A stretch of DNA of 63,724 bases from the NCBI RefSeq assembly GCF_000281045.1, contig NW_008246142.1:30634-94357 (forward strand). Direction: 5' to 3'. The notes under the pieces were generated by a model. The model saw only the letters and a program-made list of their open reading frames with translations. It made no database searches and was not told the origin of the DNA. The stretch is from Saprolegnia diclina VS20 (Eukaryota). Positions 1 through 12,290 of this stretch are shown here, piece by piece; positions within the stretch are counted from its first letter, which is position 1; each line of letters begins with the position of its first letter. Both the position numbers and the translations under genes were made by a program.

Positions 1-1670
1 CGAATGGAGAATGACGTGGTGAAGAAAGCGTTTGGTGGTGGCATTGAAGTGATACCATGTGCTTGCTGTTGAAGACGAGGATGGACCCTCTGCCGCAGTG
101 TTGACATTATACCGACACACCCCACAAATCGGTGTATCAGAGCGGCATGCGGTGCTGTGTGTGACGAAGAGGCGTCTCGTACGTTTTCAATCATGGAGTG
201 TGCCCGCACTTGGTAGACTTTTGTCGCATTAGCCGACTTCCGGCAGCCCTAAACACACGCACAATCTCAACTCATTGCTCTCTTTTTAGCTCGAGTTTCT
301 TGGCCTCTCTAGCATCTCGATCAAAACCGGGACCCACGCTATGGACACACATCGAATTTATGTCGCACACCAAGGTGGAACGACTTTCATGTACGCACTC
401 TGGTTGCGTCTGGCGCGGAAGGCACCGACTCTTTACAATAGCCACCATAGAAGTACGACTCCATCGGCAACTCCCTTCAACCAGCTCTAGTGTTTTACGC
501 TTGGATTGAGTTCGAGTCTGGGATACTACAGTGCAGTCGAAGTCGCCACGGTCCCAGTGTACGTGCTATGCGCGGTAATTTTTGTGCAACTTTGTTGCGT
601 GCTGCAATTACACTGGCGTTTGCATTGGGCGCCTTCACCTTGCGTGCCTCCGTCCATTGGCTTCATAGCGATGCAGAAGGAGCGGGATACTGGCACCCAG
701 CACTGAGATAACTCGCACGCGGAAGGTCCACTGGCGTTTCAAACATCCTTTGGCGGCTCGAAATCCTACCTTGTTGAAACCAATACGTCGAGTTTCCCTG
801 TAGAAATACGTAATAGAAGGAGCGCATTGGGCACGTCTACACGGACCTTTGTACGGTCGCTAGCCGAGAGCAGCTGCAACGTGCCTGCCGATGGCTCAGC
901 CGTGCTAGAGTATCATGTTGCAACGAGATCGACATCACCCGAAGTTCGAAGTGGTTTTGTGTTTTGGTGTTAAATAGTGTGATCACGTCAACACCCAAGA
1001 CACTGTTTCGTCGTCAGCAAAGCGACGTGGCGGGTCATTACTTGGTGATTTGGCTACTCGTGCAAAAGCGACGACGCCAGCCGACAAGATCTGGAGCTTG
1101 CGGCTCGAGTACCTGGCGCGCTTCAGAGGTTATCAGCGTTATACCTTGCATTCATCCTCTCGCCGCTTCTCAAACTACCACAAAGCTGTGCAATGCTGCA
1201 CCTTTGATATCAGTACTACAAGCTAAGACGCCACGTTTTTCGTGGAAAGAACACTCGAGAGAGGTGCATTCCGCGGAAGAACCATGGTGTCTGTCGCCGT
1301 CCGAACCGCTCACCTCGCGACAGGCGGCTGTGTGCTCAGATCGCACCGGTCACGGCTGACGTCCACGGCCGACAGCGCCGACGACGCTCCCATCGATTGC
1401 ACACTTCGAGAGCCTCGAAGGCATGTCGGTCATACTGTGCTGTGTAAAATAGTTTTGTGAGCCAGTGCTTGGCGCAGACAGTGTATGTGATTGCGTGGCG
1501 CCAGTGCTTGTCACCCACCAAATAGTGTAAGCGTAGCGTAGTCACACAGTCGGACGCGCGCCCTTTCAGCCGGGCCGCCGATCAGATGCTGGTGCCCGAC
1601 ACCTGCTGCGGCAGTTCGCATCCCTGCTTCCCAGTGTGGACTTTGCTGTTTCGTGCACGACCGCGCATTA

Positions 1671-3125
1671 ATGTTGGTCCAGCTACCCTCGGCCAAAGCT
1701 GCCGCGATCGACGCCCGCCTGCGGTCGCTCATATTGGAAGTCACCGAGAGCTCGCCCGAGACGCGTCTCATTGACGCCTACCACGCCGGGTACAAACTCG
1801 CGCGCGAGTCGCCAACGTCCAAAGTCCTCTCGCGCAAGAACGCGACGTCCGCGTACCGGGACTTTATGGTCATCAGCGACGCCGGCATGAGCCTCGACGA
1901 CTACATTGAGCTCGTGTACGTCGAGTCGGAGGCCGACTTTCGCCTCCAGCAGACGCTGTTTTACGGCGAAAACATGCTCGACGCGCGCATCCTCAACGTC
2001 ACAAAGGAGCGAACGTTCGACGACCCGTTCTTGCACTTTGGCGTTCGCTACAAGAAGATGAGCATGCCATTGAACGGTGTCTTTGAGCCGCGCGATACAA
2101 CCTACATTGAGGTACCGGCCCTTGTCCCTTCGATCTCTCGGTCCCACCGCCATATATTGCAATTAGTGTACGGGGTCGTTTGTCAACGAGCGCGGCCACC
2201 GTGGTGTCTACTGCGTGCGTGAGTCAATGGACTTCGACGAAGTGCCGCCCCTTGAGGACGCAACACGGTTCTACATCAAGGCCATCATGGTGTACACCGA
2301 GGCGGCGGACGGAAGCGTCGAGTCGGTTCAGTTGCTCCAGGCCAACCCGCTCGGCAACATGCCTGCGCTTGTCTTCAACAAGACAGCGATGAACTACAGC
2401 CACATTAGCGACGACAATACGCGCTACTTGCAGCAGAAGCGTCTCCTCGAGCACGTGGCCGCGACCAAGCCCGTCTCGCTCTCGCGGTGCATTTCATGAT
2501 TTTCGGAACATTTTCGGGATTTTCACCATAATTTTTGTAGAAAATCCGGCGCTTGTTCGTCGTGCGCCGCCTCATTCCGTGGTCTGCGCGCCCGCCACGA
2601 GTGCTGGGGCTGCCGAGACGTACGCCTTTACACATATAGGCAATGCACAATGTCTCATAGCCCGAGATAGAGTATGTGTGGCAAGTGTGTCGTGCAGATT
2701 CCGCGGGTCCTCGCATTACCCAACGGCAACATGAAGGCGACCCCCGAAGAGTTTTGCAAGCGCTGCTTTCTCCAGGCGCGAACGTACCGATCGTCCACGA
2801 GCGCGTCCTCGCAGCGCCGTAAATGCTCGAACGACCTCATGTCATGTCTCATGAAACGGGAGTAGGGTTAGCGCCCTCCGATAGCGCAACCTCGCCCCGC
2901 GACTCGCACGAGACGCAGCAGTCAAGTTCGAGCGAGAATGACAGTCAAGAGACGTCCCTTGATGACTTGGGCGACGACAGCAGCGATGAAGAGCGTGCGC
3001 TGATGGCGGTGCGAGATGCAGAAATGGGCGCGCAGCTGACACGACTCCAGCTTGGCATCGAGACCCAGCGGCAAATGGTTGAGCAGATGCGAGAGCGGCT
3101 TGCCGCTCATAGCGTCAACGAGTAG
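1671..3125 (+). CDS. START-like lipid-binding domain + FYVE-like zinc finger + acidic/coiled-coil tail (5 exons)
   Basis: Splicing at GT-AG introns joins ...FGVRYKKM...FEPRDTTYIE|CTGSF...QANPLGNMP (START-like) to CSSC...RHECWGC|SMCGKC...FCKRC (8-Cys FYVE-like). Stop at 3125. This architecture is common in oomycetes. Confidence 0.75.
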
Positions 3126-3672
3126 ATCCAAGATTTCGTTATAAGCTGCAATTGCAGAGGTATATTCGTCGGCTGACTTCAAACTGTGGTAGCGCAAATG
3201 GTGAACCTTTTTTCTTTGCCAAAAAAGAGGCGCTGAGGCAGGACGGACAATACGTCGACTAGCAGCCACTTGCCAGATGACCCCGCGTACATTTTCCTCT
3301 GCAATGCACCATGGGTCGAGAAGCGTGGCTTCCATCAAGGTGCACGTTTCTACGAAGTGAGTCGCGCGCACAACCTTGTCGATGGACGTGTCAACGATCG
3401 AAACCCAAAGAAAATTCCACGGGCTCCTCTCGGTCGACTCGGCTAGTACAGCTCTGGTCGCGGTGGATACGTTGACAAAGAATATGCACTGCGATGCCCA
3501 CCTTTGCCTCATTGGGAACGACCACAAAGCGCAAGAAGACAGCGAAGGTCCTGTACGCGCTGCTTGTACCGGTACAAGTTGGTGCATCCCGTGCATACAT
3601 GTACTTCGGCACTGCAGAGACCGACTGCAACACTTGGAGTCATCACATAAGGCTTCCATGAAACAAGCGTGC

Positions 3673-4634
3673 NNNNNNNNNNNNNNNNNNNNNNNNNNNN
3701 NNNNNNNNNNNNNNNNNNNNNNNNNNNNNNNNNNNNNNNNNNNNNNNNNNNNNNNNNNNNNNNNNNNNNNNNNNNNNNNNNNNNNNNNNNNNNNNNNNNN
3801 NNNNNNNNNNNNNNNNNNNNNNNNNNNNNNNNNNNNNNNNNNNNNNNNNNNNNNNNNNNNNNNNNNNNNNNNNNNNNNNNNNNNNNNNNNNNNNNNNNNN
3901 NNNNNNNNNNNNNNNNNNNNNNNNNNNNNNNNNNNNNNNNNNNNNNNNNNNNNNNNNNNNNNNNNNNNNNNNNNNNNNNNNNNNNNNNNNNNNNNNNNNN
4001 NNNNNNNNNNNNNNNNNNNNNNNNNNNNNNNNNNNNNNNNNNNNNNNNNNNNNNNNNNNNNNNNNNNNNNNNNNNNNNNNNNNNNNNNNNNNNNNNNNNN
4101 NNNNNNNNNNNNNNNNNNNNNNNNNNNNNNNNNNNNNNNNNNNNNNNNNNNNNNNNNNNNNNNNNNNNNNNNNNNNNNNNNNNNNNNNNNNNNNNNNNNN
4201 NNNNNNNNNNNNNNNNNNNNNNNNNNNNNNNNNNNNNNNNNNNNNNNNNNNNNNNNNNNNNNNNNNNNNNNNNNNNNNNNNNNNNNNNNNNNNNNNNNNN
4301 NNNNNNNNNNNNNNNNNNNNNNNNNNNNNNNNNNNNNNNNNNNNNNNNNNNNNNNNNNNNNNNNNNNNNNNNNNNNNNNNNNNNNNNNNNNNNNNNNNNN
4401 NNNNNNNNNNNNNNNNNNNNNNNNNNNNNNNNNNNNNNNNNNNNNNNNNNNNNNNNNNNNNNNNNNNNNNNNNNNNNNNNNNNNNNNNNNNNNNNNNNNN
4501 NNNNNNNNNNNNNNNNNNNNNNNNNNNNNNNNNNNNNNNNNNNNNNNNNNNNNNNNNNNNNNNNNNNNNNNNNNNNNNNNNNNNNNNNNNNNNNNNNNNN
4601 NNNNNNNNNNNNNNNNNNNNNNNNNNNNNNNNNN
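3673..4634. other. Assembly gap (N run); probably hides the kinase domain of LRR-RLK copy A
   Basis: Run of N. The last visible exon upstream on the minus strand ends in kinase subdomain I (AQGAYGEVYRGEYK). Confidence 0.95.
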
Positions 4635-6367
4635 GCCAACGATATGAGATGTGTGGGATCGCATGGACGTACCCTTGTACTCGCCACGGTAGACTTCACC
4701 GTACGCGCCTTGAGCCACTGACTGGACCTTGGTGAGCGCTTGCTCGTCGAGACGGAGGAGTTCGAGATCCTACTCGACATATGAGCCTCGGTGGACGATT
4801 TTGAGTGAGTGGTTACCTCCATGTTGAAGGCCATGCTGTACTGGCCCGTCGACGTCGTCATGCCCTGGGTCGTCGTGTTGTGAGCCGTGTACCCGGTGTG
4901 GCTCGTGCCCCTATGCAGAGATATATCAGACTTTGGACAGAGCGTCGCGCATGTTGTACGTCGAGGCAGCGTTCTTCTTGCGGCGGTACAGCACAAACCC
5001 GACGATGGCGAGCACAAGAACGACGGCACCGACCGCGACACCGACGATAAGACCCGTGTTGGACGACGAGCCAGAGTCTTCAGTCGCTACAACTTTGAAT
5101 AAGAAATGATAGAAAATCATCGACGGTCGTACCCGGGGCTGGCATGACGCACACCGAGTACTTGGTCTTGAGCAGCTGAATGGTGTTGGGCGCCTTGCAC
5201 GTGGCAGCGACGTCGATGCTGCCGACAGCAAACGTGGGCACAGCCTGGAGCGCTGCATACGTCGGCTGGTCGATGAGGAACGTTGTGAAGTGTGAGTCGT
5301 CAAAGTAGCTACACCAGAAATTAGTCCAGAAATCTGGTAGTTCGCGTACAATTTGCTCAGTTTTGACGAGACGGTCAGGTTTGAGAGGGTCGTGAGGTAC
5401 GGGCAGCCGTTGAACTTGCTACAAAATAGCATCGTGGAGGTGAATGTGACGACGATATGGTTTCGACTATCGTACATTTCAACGGCGTTGCGGAAATTCA
5501 CGTTTTCGATCGTCGTAAAGTTGTTTTGCCAGCCATAGCTACCGTTTATTTCCATGAATTTTCCGGCATTTTCGAGACAAATCACGTACAATTCCGAAAG
5601 CTGGCCGTACGGGATCGTCGTCGGAAGCGTTGGGAGCTGGCACGCCGCAATGGACCTAGTCAGCGATTTGGTGCCATGAGCCAAGACGTTTGCAGCAGGT
5701 GGAAGCGAATACAGGCGTGTGATGATCGGCGAGAAGGCGGCTTTGGACAAGTCAATGCCCTTGTTGGCCTCGAAATCCCTACCAGTAAGATAGATAAGCA
5801 ACCACATCGCTGCTTCTTTCTTCGTCGTACAAAAGCGCGACATTGGTGTCCTTGGACAGGTCGCCAACCGCGCGGACCGAGTTGTAGAATTGACTAGCCC
5901 ATGCGTTGATTAGCCTCGTAACTTGTGCATGGAAATGGCGTACATGTAGACTTGGCTCAGATTCGGGAGCTCGGCGAGGTACTGCGCCTTGTCTACGCAG
6001 GTGGGATAAGTCCTCTAAGACGCTCGCATCGTCCTCGACGCACAGGTGCCGTTGATGACGAGCAGGTTGGTTTGAGTCGAGTCCTTCTTGACGTCGTCCT
6101 TGGTCCAGAACATCTTGTTGAGCTAGCGCAGAAAGACTCAGGCATAGGGCCACTGGCGATGGATGGTACCTTGCACGAGCTGTCGACGGAGCAGAGGACG
6201 GCGCCGGGCTGCGTGCAGGTCGAGCTCACAAAGGTCGACGTGTACCCCGCGTAGAGGCAGTCGGCGGCGGCGACACGGGCGGCGACGCCAGCAACCTACC
6301 GCGACAGCGATGCATGAGCGCCGTGACGCGTCCGCGGCGGTACCAGGGCAGCGACGAGCGGCAGCAT
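4635..6367 (-). CDS. LRR receptor-like TKL kinase, copy A (3' part lies in the gap)
   Basis: Signal peptide MLPLVAAL|VAGVAARVAAA, Cys cap, degenerate LRR exons, TM GLIVGVAVGAVVLVLAIVGFVLY followed by RRKK, then LELLRLDE...VAQGAYGEVYRGEYK. Colinear with copy B. Confidence 0.85.
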
Positions 6368-7121
6368 CACGACAACTCGAGAAATGACCGAACGTCGGTG
6401 GGGTAACGGTAATGGCAAAGTCGTGTGACCAACGCTCGGCTGTCGTTGTGGCCAGTGGAGCATCTGATGGTCCCGCGCGTCTTGCGCCAGATGTCGTCGT
6501 CAGATATTTATCTGTCCGCCTTGCAGACAAAATGCTTGGTTCGAGACAAAATGGACATTGTACCAACGCCGCGTGCATAGCAACAAGAGCGCCACGCGTC
6601 CTTGGCCCTGCACCACGCAGTGCACCACCAACTCTTCGTGCTGCCACCAATCTTACAACCCTGCAACAGTGTACCACCCAGTGTAACTCACATGAACAAC
6701 CCAGTGCAACTACACTGTATGTCTTGCATGTATCGACCTCGAATTTAGGCGGAATCTATGCCACAAGTCGTGCAAGAAAGCAGGACTCCTTAACTCCCCA
6801 CGGCACACATCGTCTTGGATGGTTTGACGCTGCTACGTACTGCGACAGGGCACACTCGGTGCGATCGCCTAGGCGCGTCACTATCCTATCTGTACCAGCA
6901 GCCAATCGGATGGTCAATCCAGTGGACAATCTCAACATCAAGTTCAGGTTACCAGTAAAGACGGCGGCAACAAAGTGAAGAAACCGAGATGAGTTGTGGA
7001 CGCTGCAGCTGGACGATGAACAAAGCAAAAGTACTTTAGAATGAGAAATGCTGTTGTATTGACCGTGGACAAAGCTCAGGCGCGATGATGCCGTCGAAAC
7101 CACAAGATCGGCACTTCTTGT

Positions 7122-9788
7122 TTACAATGACACTTTGAGCTGTTGCCGAATGGTAAAGGCGACGCGGGTAGCGCTCGGCCGGTCTTCGGGATCCGGTCGG
7201 AGGCACTCGAGCGCCAGCGTCCGCACCCACGACGGAATNNNNNNNNNNNNNNNNNNNNNNNNNNNNNNNNNNNNNNNNNNNNNNNNNNNNNNNNNNNNNN
7301 NNNNNNNNNNNNNNNNNNNNNNNNNNNNNNNNNNNNNNNNNNNNNNNNNNNNNNNNNNNNNNNNNNNNNNNNNNNNNNNNNNNNNNNNNNNNNNNNNNNN
7401 NNNNNNNNNNNNNNNNNNNNNNNNNNNNNNNNNNNNNNNNNNNNNNNNNNNNNNNNNNNNNNNNNNNNNNNNNNNNNNNNNNNNNNNNNNNNNNNNNNNN
7501 NNNNNNNNNNNNNNNNNNNNNNNNNNNNNNNNNNNNNNNNNNNNNNNNNNNNNNNNNNNNNNNNNNNNNNNNNNNNNNNNNNNNNNNNNNNNNNNNNNNN
7601 NNNNNNNNNNNNNNNNNNNNNNNNNNNNNNNNNNNNNNNNNNNNNNNNNNNNNNNNNNNNNNNNNNNNNNNNNNNNNNNNNNNNNNNNNNNNNNNNNNNN
7701 NNNNNNNNNNNNNNNNNNNNNNNNNNNNNNNNNNNNNNNNNNNNNNNNNNNNNNNNNNNNNNNNNNNNNNNNNNNNNNNNNNNNNNNNCCGCGGTCCATC
7801 CACTCGAGGACCATCTGCAGCTCGGACGGGACGCGCCAGCTCGCGCCGATCGTCTTGACCACGTACGGGCAGTCGAGCCTAATCCAACGCACTTAGCGAA
7901 ACAAGTACCGTTGCATGGAGGACGATAGTACGCACTTGGCCGTGAGTTTGATCTCCTCCATGAGGTTGAGAATGTCGTCGCGGGAGCTCTTGCCTTGAAG
8001 CATGCACTTGATGGCAACCTCTTGGCCTGGTCGTGGGTTAGGGTTAAGGTTCATACGTAGAGAATTCACACCCTTATACTCGCCGCGGTAGACTTCGCCG
8101 TACGCGCCTTGGGCGATCGACTGGACTTTGAACAGAGCGCGTTCATCGAGTCGAAGCAGCTCGAGTTCCTACCCACATCCAACTTGACACTTCTCGAGGG
8201 GAGCGAAATGGGGCGACCTCCATGTTGAAGGCAGCGCTGGCCATGTGTCCCGTCGACGACGTGTCCACGACCATCGTCTCCGTGCGCCCGTAGCTTCGGT
8301 CGACGGTTGTGTCTGTCGGACTACGAAAAAACGTCGAGTGTCTTGTCTCTCGATGCATCGTACGGTTTGGCGGCGCGACGCTTGCGGCGATAGCACACAA
8401 AGACGGCGACACACAGCCCGACTATGGCGACAGCCCCGAGTGTTGCCCCCACAATCAAAGCCGTCTGCGTCGTCGAGGTCGTCGCGGCCGGTGGCGTCGC
8501 CCCGGGCACCGACGAGACGGGCGCCATTGTCGGTGTGGACGCTACACCACCAATTAGATCTGAGTGTGCTTCTACTTGGTCTTGAGTACCTGGCATGACG
8601 CACACCGAGTACTTGGTCTTGAGCGGCTGGATGGTGTTGGGCACCTTGCACGAGGCCGAGACATCGATGCCACCGACAGCAAATGTCGGGACGGACTGCA
8701 GCGCCGTGTACGTCGGCTGGTCCACGAGAAACGTTGTGAAATTCGAGTCGTCGAAATAGCTACAAAAAGCGAGAAATTGATAAGTGGTAAAGTGGAAATG
8801 ATACGAATTCGTACAATTTGCTCAGTCGATTCGAGACCGAGACGTTGTTGAAGGTCGTGAGGCGCGGACAGCTGTTGAATTTGCTAATACAATATCAAGA
8901 TATCAGTACATCTCCAGCTCGAAAATGAAGCGTTGTACATTTCGACCGCGTTGCGGAAGTCAATATGGTCGAGCGACGTAAAGTTGTTGTCCCACCCATA
9001 ACTACACAAAAGACACGATTCGATTCGTCACTTTTGGTGAATGCAACGTACAATTCCGAGAGCTGGCCGTACGGAACCGTTGTTGGAAGTGTCGAGAGCT
9101 GGCATTGCGCCAGCGACCTACCCACCCCATGAGAAGTCCGACGACAAAGGATGCGTGGCAACAGGCGGGTCATGGACGATGGAAATGCTGCCTTGGAGAG
9201 GTCGATGCCAGGGTTACCTTGAAAGTCCCTACGACAGCGTCAGAGACATACCGATATCCTTCAGAGAGCCTACAGGAGCGCGACCATCGAGTCGTTGGAG
9301 AGGTCGCCGACCTGGCGCACGGAGCCGAAGAATTGACTAGTAGTTGCGTAAGAGTCGTGAGACTCGACGCAGACGCCGTACATGTATGTGTTGCTTAGTC
9401 GAGGGAGCTGCGCGAGGTACTGCGCCTTGTCTACCATACGAACGACATGAGCGTCATGACGGTCGAGAGTGCTAACACCTTTGATGATGATTTGGTCGGT
9501 CAACGTCGAGTCCTTGAAGACGTCTATCTTCTTCGTGTACATCACCGTCGGCTACAAGCCCACATGCATCTCGTCTAGGTTGCCTGCGATGGGGTACCTT
9601 GCAGTTGCTGTCGACAATGCACAGAATCGCGTCGGGCTGACCGCAGTAGCTGACCGTGAACGTGGACGTGTAGTTCTGGTACGGGCAGGCGCCAAGGACC
9701 GCGTGGGCGCCGAGGCCAAGCGCAGCCTACACATACCCAATGTCTACCAGCCTCGTCGAGGACCATTATGTACGAGTCGTCGAAGCAT
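7122..9788 (-). CDS. LRR receptor-like TKL kinase, copy B (internal gap)
   Basis: Signal peptide MLRRL|AALGLGAHAVLG, same LRR exon series as copy A, S/T/P stalk, TM ALIVGATLGAVAIVGLCVAVFVCY followed by RRKRR. Kinase motifs IAQGAYGEVY, VAIK, EEIKL, MVLEWMDR and C-terminal CLRPDPEDRPSA. Confidence 0.88.
7239..7788. other. Assembly gap (N run) inside the kinase domain of copy B
   Basis: Run of N flanked by kinase subdomains V and XI. Confidence 0.95.
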
Positions 9789-10736
9789 GGCGGCGCTTGC
9801 GTCGGCAATTGAAAGTGACGGTGGAGATCGAAGTTTTGAGATTCTTTCGGCCAATCAGATTGCAGATTGACCACTGAATTCCCGCATTTTGTCCTTTGTC
9901 GCACCAAATGGCCGTGTTGCACAAAGCGCCGAGCTTCTGCGCCGCCGTTGGTGCACAGTGCTACCTCGTGGCCACGCCTCGTTGGCGAACGTATTACGTG
10001 GCGTCGCAAATTGGGTCCCGTTGTCGATGCAGTGGCGCGGGAGATCGCTGATCTCCGGGAATGCGACCTCGTGGAGCTTCATTTGAGCAAACGAAGCTCT
10101 CTTCACAAGGCGGCCATGGCCGCAACAGACGGGGCGTACCGCAGCCAAGCTGCGATGGACGACATTCCGCGACAAATATGTCCGGAATCTTGCGTCATTT
10201 TGCTCACATCACAAATTCCAAACCCGACAAAACCGAGCCAGGAATCGCCGACTCGCGTACCAGATCATGGAACTAGATGTGGTTATCTGAGTAGTACCGC
10301 CAAAGACCAGACCGCGTGGATGACAATTCATTTTTCAGCACCGCGGCTTGATGGACAACCAGAACATCCTCGTGCGTGCGACGCCGTTCTGGTCCAAGTA
10401 CAGTACTAATGCATTAGGAACGGAGGGTTGGTAGCATTTGACTATAGAACCGAGCGGCTGATGCACCAAGGTATCAATATTCCGCTGCAAGTGGCGACGT
10501 AGTACCGGTACGAGTATGGGCTTGAAGAGCTTGAGGAGCAGCGCCGTGTTGGCGGCCGGCGCCTCGCGTCGATTGCACAAGCCAATCAGCGTCGCGTATG
10601 ATATGCAATGCCGCAGGACCTGTGATAATGCATATTTCAAAGATTGCGATTTTATTTGTATGGACGTTTGTATTGGATGCAAATCCCAACACAGCTTGTG
10701 GCACACCATTATTTTCCGCAAACGTCCGAGGATCAC

Positions 10737-12059
10737 ATGCTGCGCCGAAGCCTCCTCTCGACGAGCAAGCACCTTCTGGGCCGGCCGACGCCGAGCTTCG
10801 CCCGGTCGGCCTCGAGCCTGCCGCGCTCTGCGGCTGCGGTCGATGCGACCGACGTCTCGCAGACGATCGCGCAAGCCATGGCCGAGGAAGAGCGCAAGCG
10901 GAAGCGCAAGGCCGAGCACATGCCGATCCGCGCCGTGCACTTGGCGCGCAAGATGGACATTGTCTCGCTCTTTCAGCGGCTCTACACGGACCGCTTCAAG
11001 GTGAGCCACTACCTGTACAAGGACTCGGTCGTGCTGCGCCTCAGCAGCGGCAACGACAACGCGCCCAACCCGTGGATTGCGCACCTCAACAACTCGGTCA
11101 AGACGTCGGCGTCAACGTTCCCGCCCGAGCTGCCGCCGAGCGCGGCGCTTGCTGAGAACCCGGAGATTCCGTCGCGCCGCGCCAAGGACAAGTGGGTCGT
11201 CTACTTTGACTACGGCGCCGTCGTCTTCTTCAACTGCGACGACTCGCTCACGACGACGCTCATCAAGCACGCCAAGAAGTACTGCAGCGACGCTTTCGAG
11301 ATGCGCGGCCACGATGAAGAGCTGCTCCTCGTCGCCGACCCGACGCAAAAGGGGTGGAGCGAGCTCAAGGAGAACAACATTCGCGTCCAGGAGATCGACC
11401 ACGTCAACATCCAGGTTGGTCCTAACGCGATCGACCTCACTGTACGATATGCCATACGATCTAGGTCATTGCCGGTGTCTTGGCGCAAACCGTGGCCCTC
11501 GAGCACTATGAGCGTCAGGTCGAAGCCATTTTGGCCGAGTTTGAGAAGCTCAACACGCTCGTCGAGAAGAAGGGGCCGCAGACCGCGCTCTTCGGGCTCT
11601 CGTGGTCGGGCGCCGAGACGACCGAGAAGGAGCAGCACCGCAAGCTCTTCCAGGTACGTCCCATATGGCTCACGCATGTCGATGCCACGACGACCGTAGA
11701 TTGTCGCGACCAACAACACGCTGCTCATCGACCTCGTGAGCAAGCTGCGCGTCATTGACCGCAAGCGGCCGGGCGACGCGGCGTGGAGCCATACGCGCTA
11801 CCACAACATGTGGGAGACGCTCCTCGAAGAGTTTGAGCTCAGCGAGCGCTTCAATAACCTCAACTTCAAGCTCGAGCTCATCCAGCACAACACCAAGGTA
11901 GACATGTCCCCATCTCTTACACGGCTCGTGACGCGTCGCTAGTTCTTCCTCGAAGTGCTCAGCTCGTACAAGGGCACGCGCATGGAGTGGTATATTATTA
12001 TTTTGATTGCGGCCGAGCTCGCGATCAGCGCCTACGAGCTCGCCATGAAGCTGCACTAA
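10737..12059 (+). CDS. RMND1/Sif2-Sif3/DUF155 family protein, probably mitochondrial (4 exons)
   Basis: Arg/Ser-rich presequence-like N-terminus (MLRRSLLSTSKHLL). Motifs VVYFDYGAVVFFN, LAQTVALEHYE and EFELSERFNNLNFKL, plus C-terminal TM MEWYIIILIAAE. Confidence 0.85.
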
Positions 12060-12075
12060 GGACGCTACGCTGGCC

Positions 12076-12128
12076 GCTCGTTTAGTCGCCAGATGAGTCG
12101 CTCGTTTAGTCGCTCGTTTAGTCGCTCG
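12076..12128. repeat. 12-bp tandem repeat GCTCGTTTAGTC, about 4.4 copies (one degenerate)
   Basis: Sequence reads gctcgtttagtc gccagatgagtc gctcgtttagtc gctcgtttagtc gctcg. Confidence 0.9.
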
Positions 12129-12290
12129 AGTGAGATATACCATTTTGTGCCAAAAGAAACATAGAGACGTGGATGATCCGTGTTGGGACGCGCTGGATCG
12201 ACGCTCGTACATTCAGCTACTAGTAGTAGAGGAGCCCTATTCGTAAGCGACTAACTAGTAGAGGCAGCTGGCGTGGACGACGAGCAACGA

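Noticed and set aside
1..1650. Short ORFs and a GCCAGTGCTTG direct repeat (about 1461 and 1500)
   Set aside because: No recognisable motifs or coding-type codon bias; possibly decayed sequence but unsupported.
2922..5041. Long ORFs spanning N runs (also 7036-8017 and 54459-55597)
   Set aside because: Artefacts of translating gaps as X.
6615..6712. Four CAGTG(C/T)A motifs upstream of LRR-RLK copy A
   Set aside because: Short, irregularly spaced and not clearly repeated upstream of copy B.
12076..12128. TTTAG-containing repeat as a telomeric or CRISPR-like array
   Set aside because: It is not TTTAGGG, has no spacers, and the context is eukaryotic with no cas genes.
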